A stretch of DNA of 46,840 nucleotides from Slackia sp. (GTDB taxonomy: Bacteria > Actinomycetota > Coriobacteriia > Coriobacteriales > Eggerthellaceae). The translations under genes were made by a program, and so were the position numbers. The DNA lies in contig JAUNLI010000002.1 of assembly GCA_030532315.1 (NCBI GenBank), positions 1-46,840 of the forward strand, given 5' to 3'. Below, piece after piece: positions 19,848 through 27,988 of the stretch. The notes under the pieces were generated by a model, which saw nothing but the letters and a program-made list of their open reading frames with translations, did no database searches and had not been told where the DNA came from. Position 1 is the first letter of the stretch. Every line of letters begins with the position of its first letter.

Positions 19848-20687
19848 CTAAAGCACGTACAACACGATAGAGAGAAATTGCAGCACGCTGCCCGCAAGCA
19901 CCCACAGGTGGAATACGGTGTGCATGTAGGGAATCTTCTTCAACACGTAGAAGATGCAGCCGATGCTGTAGCAAATACCGCCCGCCAAAAGCAGCATGAG
20001 GCCGGGGAACGGCAAGGCGGCGATCAGCGGCGGCAAGAAGCCCACCACGCACCAACCGAGCAGCAGATAGATGACCGCGGAAATCCAACGCGGACGGAAC
20101 ACCCAGAACGCCTCGAGCGCCACGCCGATAATGGCAAGAGCCCACACGGCAATGCAAAGCAGCAGACCATGGGAATCGGCGAGCGTGATCAGACAGAACG
20201 GCGTGTAGCTGCCCGCGATGAACAGATAAATCGCCGAATGGTCGAGAACCTTGAACACCTTTTTCGCAGGAATGGGCACAAGCGCGTGATACAGCGTGGA
20301 AGCCACGTATTCCAGCAGCATGGAAATGGTGTAGATGAGCGCAGCCGCAAGAGCCACGCCGCCGCCGTGCGAGACAGCAATGACGACGCAGATGGGAATA
20401 GCGGCCACGGCAAGCGCGGCGCCGATGCCGTGCGAAATGGAATTGGCGATTTCCTCGCCTACCGTGTATTCGCGCACGTTCTTCTTCGGACGAGGGGCCC
20501 CCGCCGAAACGTCGGACTGACGGGAGGCACGCTTCGCGGCTTTTTCCTGCGCGCGCGGCTCTTTGAAATTGGAGATCTGCCAGGCATGAGACGATGCGGA
20601 TTCGCGGGCCGCATCGGCATCCTGAACCGCAGCGGACGCAGAATGCGCGCCGTCGGCCGGTGTGGGTTTTGTCATCGTCGTATCCAT
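19848..20687 (-). CDS. Hemolysin III / PAQR (TrhA-like) membrane protein
   Basis: EEIANSISHG, STLYH, DHSAIYLFIAGSYTP, HTVFHLWVLAG; TAGAAT 7 nt before the ATG suggests a leaderless start. Confidence 0.93.
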   Translation of the reverse strand: MDTTMTKPTPADGAHSASAAVQDADAARESASSHAWQISNFKEPRAQEKAAKRASRQSDVSAGAPRPKKNVREYTVGEEIANSISHGIGAALAVAAIPICVVIAVSHGGGVALAAALIYTISMLLEYVASTLYHALVPIPAKKVFKVLDHSAIYLFIAGSYTPFCLITLADSHGLLLCIAVWALAIIGVALEAFWVFRPRWISAVIYLLLGWCVVGFLPPLIAALPFPGLMLLLAGGICYSIGCIFYVLKKIPYMHTVFHLWVLAGSVLQFLSIVLYVL

Positions 20688-20786
20688 GGCCGACATTCTA
20701 GCATGGGGGAATCGACCGCATCGCACGGACGCCACGCGCGTTACCAACTCGCCACGCAAGAGGAATAGCACGCTCGAAAGCTGACA

Positions 20787-20870
20787 AAAAGTGCGGAAAT
20801 CGGGTAAATCGCCGCTTTGAAAAGTGCGGAAATCGGGTAAATTTGGATTATAAAAAGTGCGGAAATCGGG
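20787..20870 (+). repeat. Three direct repeats at an exact 33-bp period
   Basis: AAAAGTGCGGAAATCGGG(TAAAT) at 20787, 20820 and 20853. Confidence 0.95.
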
Positions 20871-20881
20871 GGTGATGCAGG

Positions 20882-22210
20882 ATGTTCAAGAGAAAAATAT
20901 ATAACGACCTGCAATTATGGAAAAAGGAATCCAACGGCTCAACGGCTCTTCTCATAGAAGGCGCGCGGCGCGTAGGAAAATCGACCGTCGTCGAAGAGTT
21001 CGCGAAAAACGAATACCGCAGCCATATCATCGTGGACTTCTCCGAGGCCTCTCGTGATATCCGCCGGCTGTTCGAAGACGTCTCCGACCTCGATTACATC
21101 TTCCTGCAATTGCAGCTGCGTTATTCCGTGCAGCTTTTCGAACGCGAATCGCTCATCGTGTTCGACGAAGTTCAGCTTTGCCCGCCGGCACGCCAGGCGA
21201 TCAAGCAGCTCGTCAAAGACGGACGCTACGACTACATCGAAACAGGCTCGCTCGTCTCGATTCGCAAAAACACGGCCGACATCCTCATTCCCAGCGAAGA
21301 GCAGCGCATTCAGATGCGGCCCATGGATTACGAGGAATTCACCTGGGCTTGCAACAAAGAAGCCACCGTTCCCCTGCTCAAGCAGGCTTTCGATTCGAAA
21401 ACGCCTCTCGGTGAACAGCTGAATCGCAAGCTCATGAGGGATTTTCGCCTTTATATGCTCGTAGGCGGCATGCCCCAGGCGGTCGAAGCGTATCTTCAGA
21501 GCAACAATTTCGAAGTGGTCGACCGCGTCAAGCGCACGATCATCGACCTATACGAAGAGGACTTCTACAAGATCAGCCCTTCGGGGGCGCTCTCCATGCT
21601 GTTCGACGCCATTCCCGCAGAGTTGGCGAAGAAGTCTTCACGTTATCAGGTGTCAAGCGTGCTCGCAAAGCGCAAGGCGGCAGATATCCTTGAGCAAATC
21701 GCCGAGCTGCGCGAGTCGAAAACCGTCCTGGTTGCCTACCATGCAGACGACCCCAACGCCGGCATGTCAGCAAGCATCGACCTGGAAAAATTTAAACTTT
21801 ACCTGGCCGACACCGGTCTTTTCGTGACGTTGATGTTCAAGGATTCGTCCTTCACCAACAACATCGTCTATGAAAAGCTGCTCGCCGACAAACTGCCCGC
21901 AAACCTCGGGTCGGTCTATGAAAACATCGTCGCCCAAGAACTCGTCGCCCATGGGCGCAAACTTTTCTATCACACCTGGCCGAAAGAGGGCGCAAATCGC
22001 AATTTCGAAATCGATTTCATCGTGCCCGACGGCAAGAAAATCTGTCCTATCGAGGTGAAATCATCCAGCTACAAGACGCATGCGTCGCTCGACGACTTCG
22101 GCAGGAAATTCTCACAGCGAGTCGGGCGGCAGTTTCTTGTCTATACGAAAGACCTCAAAAAAGACGGAGCGATCACCTGCATTCCCACGTTCATGGCCAG
22201 CTTCCTTTAG
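20882..22210 (+). CDS. AAA_14 / DUF4143 ATP-binding protein with PD-(D/E)xK-like C-terminus
   Basis: GARRVGKS, IVFDEVQ, IETGS, VGGMPQAV, KLYLADTGL, FEIDF...PIEVKS. Confidence 0.92.
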   Translation: MFKRKIYNDLQLWKKESNGSTALLIEGARRVGKSTVVEEFAKNEYRSHIIVDFSEASRDIRRLFEDVSDLDYIFLQLQLRYSVQLFERESLIVFDEVQLCPPARQAIKQLVKDGRYDYIETGSLVSIRKNTADILIPSEEQRIQMRPMDYEEFTWACNKEATVPLLKQAFDSKTPLGEQLNRKLMRDFRLYMLVGGMPQAVEAYLQSNNFEVVDRVKRTIIDLYEEDFYKISPSGALSMLFDAIPAELAKKSSRYQVSSVLAKRKAADILEQIAELRESKTVLVAYHADDPNAGMSASIDLEKFKLYLADTGLFVTLMFKDSSFTNNIVYEKLLADKLPANLGSVYENIVAQELVAHGRKLFYHTWPKEGANRNFEIDFIVPDGKKICPIEVKSSSYKTHASLDDFGRKFSQRVGRQFLVYTKDLKKDGAITCIPTFMASFL

Positions 22211-22432
22211 ATAAGAAACGGGCGCCGCCACGAAAATGTGAGCTACCTCCATTTCTGGGACGCAGCTCAATGCGGCGGCACCTGTTTTTGAACGGTGCTC
22301 GTGCGCGTACGATGCGCCTGCGCTCTGCGGCGCGCGCTCCGTGACAACTTCGCACCCCGCAAAGCACCTGCAGCCCAAGACGCACAGACGCCCTGCAATG
22401 CGTCTGCCCCCCCTTAGCTATCCGCACGGACT

Positions 22433-24595
22433 TTAGTTTGCACTTCCGCGGGGGCGCACCCACTCCATCCACTGCGCAGCGTCTTCTTCGGACACGTCCC
22501 ACAACTGCTCGGTGGTGCCGCCCACGCCCGCCGCCGTGCGCGCGTTCACAATAGCCACGTGCGCCATGCGCTGGAACGGGTTGGTTTTCGTGAACCCGTA
22601 CTGAATCTTCTTGCGCGGGAACACGACGGTCTGCTTCGAAAGGCCGCCATTGGTAATGCTCATGAACGAACGGTCGTAGCCAAGGGCTGAGGCGCGATGC
22701 CACAGCACCGCATCGACCACGTTGAGCGCAGCCGCCAGAATATAGAGCGCGACGATTGCCGCGAAAGCAACCTCCATCATGGCAAGCACGCCCGCTTCGA
22801 TGGAAAAAACGCCCGAACGCAAGCACACCTCAAGCCCGATTCTGCCCAGGACAGCACCCACCATCAGCCAAAACATCGAGCTGCGCATGATGGCTTTGCG
22901 AACGATGGCGCGACGCAGGGCCACGGGCGCGGGCTTCACCGTCTCCTGCGGCATATCGGCGAATTCAGGCAGCACGCCTCCGATGATTTCGGGCACGCGG
23001 TCCACCTTCACGAAGGGATGGATCACCATGCCGCGCGACGCCGTCTGGCCGTCTTGGGAATCCTGCGCGGCCGAATCGATCTTGCCCACCGACAGCTCGC
23101 AATAGCCGATCAATCGGCGCACGAACGACTGCTTCACGACCACGGTCTGCACGCGATCGACATCGATGCCGTGAAACGTACGCTGCAAAAGACCGTGTTC
23201 CACCTCAATGCGGCTTTCGCGGCGGCGCACCTTGAACCCGCCGTATTGCACAATGGTGCCGATGACCGAAAACACCCACAGGGCCAAAACAGACACGATC
23301 GCCCACAGCGCAACCTGCCATGCGAACGAGCCGAACAACCCGCCCAAAACATCAGCGCCCTGCGCAGACAGCGACGCATCGGACGAAACGCCCGCAAGCA
23401 TGCCGTCGACGGAGCTTTCAACCCATTCTTCGATATTCGACTCGAAGAACTGCGCCACAGCGCCCACTAAACCGATGATGCCGGCAATAATCACGCCGAA
23501 ATGCCCTGCGGCCCCCGAAAGGCCCGCGAAGAAAAGCTCTTTGTTGCTGAGGCCGGCCTCGAAGGAAACGGACCCCGTGGCAACCTCGGCCCCGCCGAAC
23601 ACACCGCGCAAGTCGTTGAGCAGCTCGTCCGCACCGTCGAGCACGTTGCCCGCCTGCTGGCTTTGCGTCCAGCCTCCAGCCGCAACAGCCGCCTGGCCCT
23701 GCGCCGCCACGAACGACGGCGCCGATGCGGCCGGATTGCCGCCGAATGCAATTTCGACCGAACGCACATCTCCGCCTGCACAGGCCGCCATCCATGCCGA
23801 AGGCACCACCGCGCCGCCGACGAACGCCGTGCCGAATTCATCGAGCATGCCGCCCGCAAGCAGCACCTTCTTACGGCGGAACAGTTCAGAACGCAGCGCC
23901 TCTGCCTCGGACGTGCGAATATAGCGCAGCAAGACGGCCTCGTTGGCCGCACCGCCTGCTGTGTCGATCTTCACGTTGCAGATGCCCAAAACGCGCTGTA
24001 GCACGCCCGCCTGCTGGTTGACCGACTGAATGCGCTGATAGGGAACGTGCCGCCGCTTCTTGCTGATGACGCCCGAAAACAGCGAGAACTCGGTCGGGGT
24101 GAGCTCATAGCTGAGGTTCTTCCACGAAAGCCACTGCACCGAAAACACGATGGCCGCCAAAAGGACGGCAACTACAAGACCCACCGCGAAGGCGACAGGC
24201 AGCACGGCAACCGAAGGAATGCCCCCTTCAAGCAGCGAGGCAATCGAGCCGACCGCAGAAATCACCATGGCAACTGCGATGGCTCCCATCAGAGAAAGGC
24301 CACCGAGCCATATATAAGAGTGGTGCACGGAATGCTTGCCGGGACGCAGCGATTCGGGAACCGCGGCGCGAGGGTCGCCCGGCACAAGGGCCATGGCGCC
24401 TGCACGCGCATAGGCGATCAAGGAATCGCGATAGGCCAACCATTCGGCGCTCAAGCCGGACTGGGAAGCGCCCGCGGCATCCGTCGCCGCGGCACAGCCT
24501 TCCTGCAGGCCCGACGCCGCAGAAACATCTTCAACAGATGCGGGGCCGGCGCCAAGAAGCTCGTGACCAGAGGATATGTTGCGCGGGTTTTCCAT
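22433..24595 (-). CDS. bPH_2 (PH-domain) membrane protein, YdbT-like
   Basis: Three PH-like repeats (VPYQRIQSVNQQ, IDVDRVQTV, FPRKKIQY) separated by TM segments. Confidence 0.88.
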   Translation of the reverse strand: MENPRNISSGHELLGAGPASVEDVSAASGLQEGCAAATDAAGASQSGLSAEWLAYRDSLIAYARAGAMALVPGDPRAAVPESLRPGKHSVHHSYIWLGGLSLMGAIAVAMVISAVGSIASLLEGGIPSVAVLPVAFAVGLVVAVLLAAIVFSVQWLSWKNLSYELTPTEFSLFSGVISKKRRHVPYQRIQSVNQQAGVLQRVLGICNVKIDTAGGAANEAVLLRYIRTSEAEALRSELFRRKKVLLAGGMLDEFGTAFVGGAVVPSAWMAACAGGDVRSVEIAFGGNPAASAPSFVAAQGQAAVAAGGWTQSQQAGNVLDGADELLNDLRGVFGGAEVATGSVSFEAGLSNKELFFAGLSGAAGHFGVIIAGIIGLVGAVAQFFESNIEEWVESSVDGMLAGVSSDASLSAQGADVLGGLFGSFAWQVALWAIVSVLALWVFSVIGTIVQYGGFKVRRRESRIEVEHGLLQRTFHGIDVDRVQTVVVKQSFVRRLIGYCELSVGKIDSAAQDSQDGQTASRGMVIHPFVKVDRVPEIIGGVLPEFADMPQETVKPAPVALRRAIVRKAIMRSSMFWLMVGAVLGRIGLEVCLRSGVFSIEAGVLAMMEVAFAAIVALYILAAALNVVDAVLWHRASALGYDRSFMSITNGGLSKQTVVFPRKKIQYGFTKTNPFQRMAHVAIVNARTAAGVGGTTEQLWDVSEEDAAQWMEWVRPRGSAN

Positions 24596-24598
24596 GGC

Positions 24599-25090
24599 CT
24601 ACACGTCCTCTTGGGCAAGGCGGGCCTGCGTGGCGATGCGATCGCGCAGCACGTCGGCCTCTTCGAACGCAAGGCCCGGAATCTCATGCTCGCCCGCCGC
24701 CGTGGCCACCGTGACGCTGGCCATGCCGAAGGCGCGCAGGATGGGGCCTTGCTTGGTGTCGGTGTTTTGCACGCGCACGAACGGAATGACCGACCGCGTG
24801 CGCCAGATGATGCCCTTGGCAATGTCGAGCTCGTTTTCGCCCACTTCATAGCGCCAACGCATATAGCGAAGCGGCGGAAGCACAACAACCAGAACAATCA
24901 GTGCGACGACCCAAGCAACAGTGATAGCAGCAGCGACCGCCCAGGCCCAACCCGCCGTAGGGTCGGTCAGGGCGACGATGGGAAACGCGAACACGCAGAC
25001 GATGTAGACCGCGGTAAGCCAGATCGCATCGTTAATGCGCCAGACGCTTTTCACCTTGGGGTTCAGTTGATTTTGGGGCAAAGGACGCAT
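24599..25090 (-). CDS. bPH_2 (PH-domain) membrane protein, YdbS-like
   Basis: RWRYEV, IPFVRVQNTDTKQGPILRAFG, TAAGEHEIPGL; start MRPLP. Confidence 0.9.
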   Translation of the reverse strand: MRPLPQNQLNPKVKSVWRINDAIWLTAVYIVCVFAFPIVALTDPTAGWAWAVAAAITVAWVVALIVLVVVLPPLRYMRWRYEVGENELDIAKGIIWRTRSVIPFVRVQNTDTKQGPILRAFGMASVTVATAAGEHEIPGLAFEEADVLRDRIATQARLAQEDV

Positions 25091-25461
25091 GGTCGTGCTC
25101 CTATCGTGTCGTGGAAACGCCTGCCCGCCATGCAACGCTTGCCGCCAGGGGCATGGGCAAGAAAGCCGCCCGAGTTTGCTCGTTGGCGCATCATCGCTGA
25201 TAGACGAACATATGCGAACAGTATACAGGCAACACCCCCCCCCCGAGCGCAAGAGGGAAATGCACGCTTGACGCCACAGCCCTTCCTCTTTTAGAGCCAT
25301 CCACCCCAAACGTCGCCACCCTTGCCGCAGCGATACGAAAAGCGCATTCGGTGATGCAGGCGGCACATTGCGCATGCGGCTCGGCGGCTCGGGTACAATG
25401 ACTGAAAGGCAGTGCTCGCCGAGCCTGCGGGGATGCTTGTTTCGAGAGAAAGGAGCATCCT

Positions 25462-25578
25462 ATGGAATTATTAACATGCCTTGCAGCGTGCTGCACAATC
25501 GTTTCGTTCGTATTCGATTGCGTTGGTAAATTCCGCCGCAGAAACAAGCGAGAAAACAAGATGGAGCCCAGAAAATAG
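25462..25578 (+). CDS. Small 38-aa hydrophobic/basic peptide, candidate type I toxin (MELLTCLAACCTIVSFVFDCVGKFRRRNKRENKMEPRK)
   Basis: Strong RBS GAAAGGAG; one hydrophobic helix plus a basic tail; SD paired in hairpin GGATGCT/AGCATCC. Confidence 0.7.
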   Translation: MELLTCLAACCTIVSFVFDCVGKFRRRNKRENKMEPRK

Positions 25579-25677
25579 AGAAGCCGGGCGGGCACCCGGC
25601 TCTCCAATTGCTGACAAGCATCACCCGTAGCTAACTCACCTCAGAAGTCTGTTAGACCAGGCGGGCGCTGCCTTGCA
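25572..25677 (-). ncRNA. Candidate convergent antitoxin sRNA
   Basis: Minus-strand TGcTATAAT at 25684-25692; ends at hairpin AGCCGGG...CCCGGCT whose U-tract lies on the minus strand. Confidence 0.5.
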
Positions 25678-25770
25678 TTTCGCATTATAGCACGCGGGCG
25701 AACGTCATACAGCACGCCGCCACGGCTTCGCCATACCGACGAAACCCCAAGTCATGCAAAGGAAGGCCCT

Positions 25771-27318
25771 ATGAGCACCCTGCCATCTCTTTCGCTGAAA
25801 CACCTCGCCGCCCTGCTGAACGAAGCAGGATGCACAGCGCGCCTCGAAGGCGGCGACGCGCAGATAAGCGGCATGACGGTTGATTCGCGCGAGGCTGCGC
25901 CGGGCTGCCTGTTCGTCTGCAAAGGCGCGGGCTTCAAGCCCGCCTTCCTCGCGTCGGCGCTCGATGCAGGTGCTGCGGCGTATCTGTGCGACGAAGCGCT
26001 GGCCACAACCCTTGCAGAAACCGGCGGCAACGCGCCGCGCATCGTGGCATCCGACGTACGCCGCGCCATGGCCTTGGTCGCAGCAGCGGCCTACGACAAC
26101 CCCGATAAACGCCTGAGCATCATCGGCATCACGGGCACGAAGGGCAAATCCACCACCGCCTATATGCTGCGCTCGATCTTCACGGCCGCAGGCATCGACG
26201 CATCCATCCTGGGATCGATCGAAACCGACGACGGCCTGGAACGCTACGAAAGCCACAACACCACGCCCGAAGCTCCCGAACTGTGGCGCCACCTGCACAA
26301 TACCGAAGAGGCAGGACGCGAATTCATGGTGATGGAAGTTTCGAGCCACGGCCTGAAATACGACCGCGTGCTGGGGCTGCATCTGACCACCGCATGTTTC
26401 CTCAACATCGGGCGCGACCACATTTCGCCCGTCGAGCACGCCGATTTCGAAGACTACTTCTCTTCGAAGCTGCGCATCTTCGAACAGTGCGAAACCGCCG
26501 TGATCAATCTTGATTCCGAGCATGTCGAACGCGTGCTCGATGCAGCACAGACCGCAAAACGCACGGTCACCTTCGCCATCGAACACAGCGACAACCGCAG
26601 CAACGAAACGGCGGCGGGCGCAACGACAAGCGCGCGACAGGCCGATTACCTGGCCCGCGACATCATTGCCAGCGAACGCGGCATCTCTTTCACGGTCGAT
26701 GCGGAAGGAGAAAGCCACCTCATGACGCTTGGCATGGCGGGCGCGTTCAACGTATCGAACGCATTGGCAGCCGTGGTCATGGCGCGTCTGGCGGGAATAG
26801 GCTTCGACGCAATCGCGCGCGGCCTTGCCCAAGTGCGCGTTCCCGGCCGCATGGAGCTCGTGGTATCGACCGACGGAAACATCGCATGCATCGTCGACTA
26901 CGCACACAACGAACTTTCGTTCGAGACGCTGTTCTCGTCGGTGACGCGCGAATATCCCGGCCGCAAGATAATCGCCGTGTTCGGAGCGCCCGGCGGTAAG
27001 GCACAGGAGCGCCGCGTGTGTCTGCCGCGCGTCGCAGGGCGCTATGCCGATTTAATCATCTACACCGAAGAAGATCCCGCCCACGAACGAGTGGAGGATA
27101 TTTGCGCCGAACTGGCTGCCAACACGCCCGCAGGCGTGGCGCACGAGGAAATCCACGACCGCAAGGCAGCCGTGGCACGCGCATTCGAGGCGGCCGGCGG
27201 CGACCCTGCCGTGGTGCTGCTGCTGGCAAAAGGCGACGAGACCACCCAACATCGCGGAGACGAATATCCCGAGGTGAAAAGCGATCTGGCGCTCGCGCGA
27301 GAGATTCTTGGAGCATAA
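25771..27318 (+). CDS. murE: UDP-MurNAc-dipeptide--diamino acid ligase (MurE), probably L-Lys/L-Orn type
   Basis: DSRE, GITGTKGKST, NTTPE, MEVSS, VPGRME, VDYAHN, LAKG; EDPA where meso-DAP enzymes have DNPR. Confidence 0.88.
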   Translation: MSTLPSLSLKHLAALLNEAGCTARLEGGDAQISGMTVDSREAAPGCLFVCKGAGFKPAFLASALDAGAAAYLCDEALATTLAETGGNAPRIVASDVRRAMALVAAAAYDNPDKRLSIIGITGTKGKSTTAYMLRSIFTAAGIDASILGSIETDDGLERYESHNTTPEAPELWRHLHNTEEAGREFMVMEVSSHGLKYDRVLGLHLTTACFLNIGRDHISPVEHADFEDYFSSKLRIFEQCETAVINLDSEHVERVLDAAQTAKRTVTFAIEHSDNRSNETAAGATTSARQADYLARDIIASERGISFTVDAEGESHLMTLGMAGAFNVSNALAAVVMARLAGIGFDAIARGLAQVRVPGRMELVVSTDGNIACIVDYAHNELSFETLFSSVTREYPGRKIIAVFGAPGGKAQERRVCLPRVAGRYADLIIYTEEDPAHERVEDICAELAANTPAGVAHEEIHDRKAAVARAFEAAGGDPAVVLLLAKGDETTQHRGDEYPEVKSDLALAREILGA

Positions 27319-27442
27319 GCCGAAGAGCGGTAGCGCGGCAGGCACCGAAGCAGCGCTCGGCATGCGATACAATCGGTGCCACTGCCCGCCGCCGGGCGGC
27401 ACAACCCCTCAAGCATACGCGTCGAACAAGCAAAGGAAACCG

Positions 27443-27724
27443 ATGCCCACCTATATCGCCCATTACAAATCGCCCAACGGAGCCACCCAGGTTTCGGGCG
27501 TGTTCGAATTCGAAAGCAACCATCGCGCGGGATCGAAGCAAAACATGCACGACGCGCGCATGTGCATGCTGCAGGCATACGGCAACGAAGCCGTGGCCTG
27601 GCAAATCGATTCCGTCGAGGCGAAGAAATCGGACGATGCACGATCCGACCATCAGATGCAGCTCGATTTCCGCGAGCCCGCCGAGCATCGCCCGAAAAAA
27701 CGTATCGTGCGCGGCTTCAAATAA
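27443..27724 (+). CDS. Small hypothetical protein (93 aa)
   Basis: RBS AAAGGAA before ATG MPTYIAHY; genome-like codon usage. Confidence 0.65.
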   Translation: MPTYIAHYKSPNGATQVSGVFEFESNHRAGSKQNMHDARMCMLQAYGNEAVAWQIDSVEAKKSDDARSDHQMQLDFREPAEHRPKKRIVRGFK

Positions 27725-27889
27725 GGGCGAGCAACGCCTGAAAGCAAAAAGAGCGGCTACTGCATACCGGGCTCCCATTGCCCGAGCAAACCGCCGCTCT
27801 TCGCAATCATACTGCATAATGAAGGCTCGTGAACGAATGCCGCGCGCAACACAGTACGAAGCGCGCCCTTCATCAAGCCCCAAAACCAA

Positions 27890-27919
27890 AAGGCCGAACC
27901 GCGTGCGTGGTTCGGCCTT
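27890..27919 (-). terminator. Terminator of asnB
   Basis: AAGGCCGAACC...GGTTCGGCCTT with a T-run on the minus strand. Confidence 0.75.
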
Positions 27920-27988
27920 CTTGCTCGTTCGTCTTTTATAAGCACGTCCGCATTTTGCGGATGCACAGCCGTGACAAACGCGAACTCC

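Noticed and set aside
18465-20687. 'Hemolysin' virulence pair
   Set aside because: CNNM/CorC and PAQR families are widespread ion and membrane homeostasis proteins; the name is historical.
6533-20870. The two triple repeats (6533-6634 and 20787-20870) as mini-CRISPR arrays
   Set aside because: Gaps of 20 and 10 bp are too short for spacers, there are only three copies, there are no cas genes, and both overlap the promoter region.
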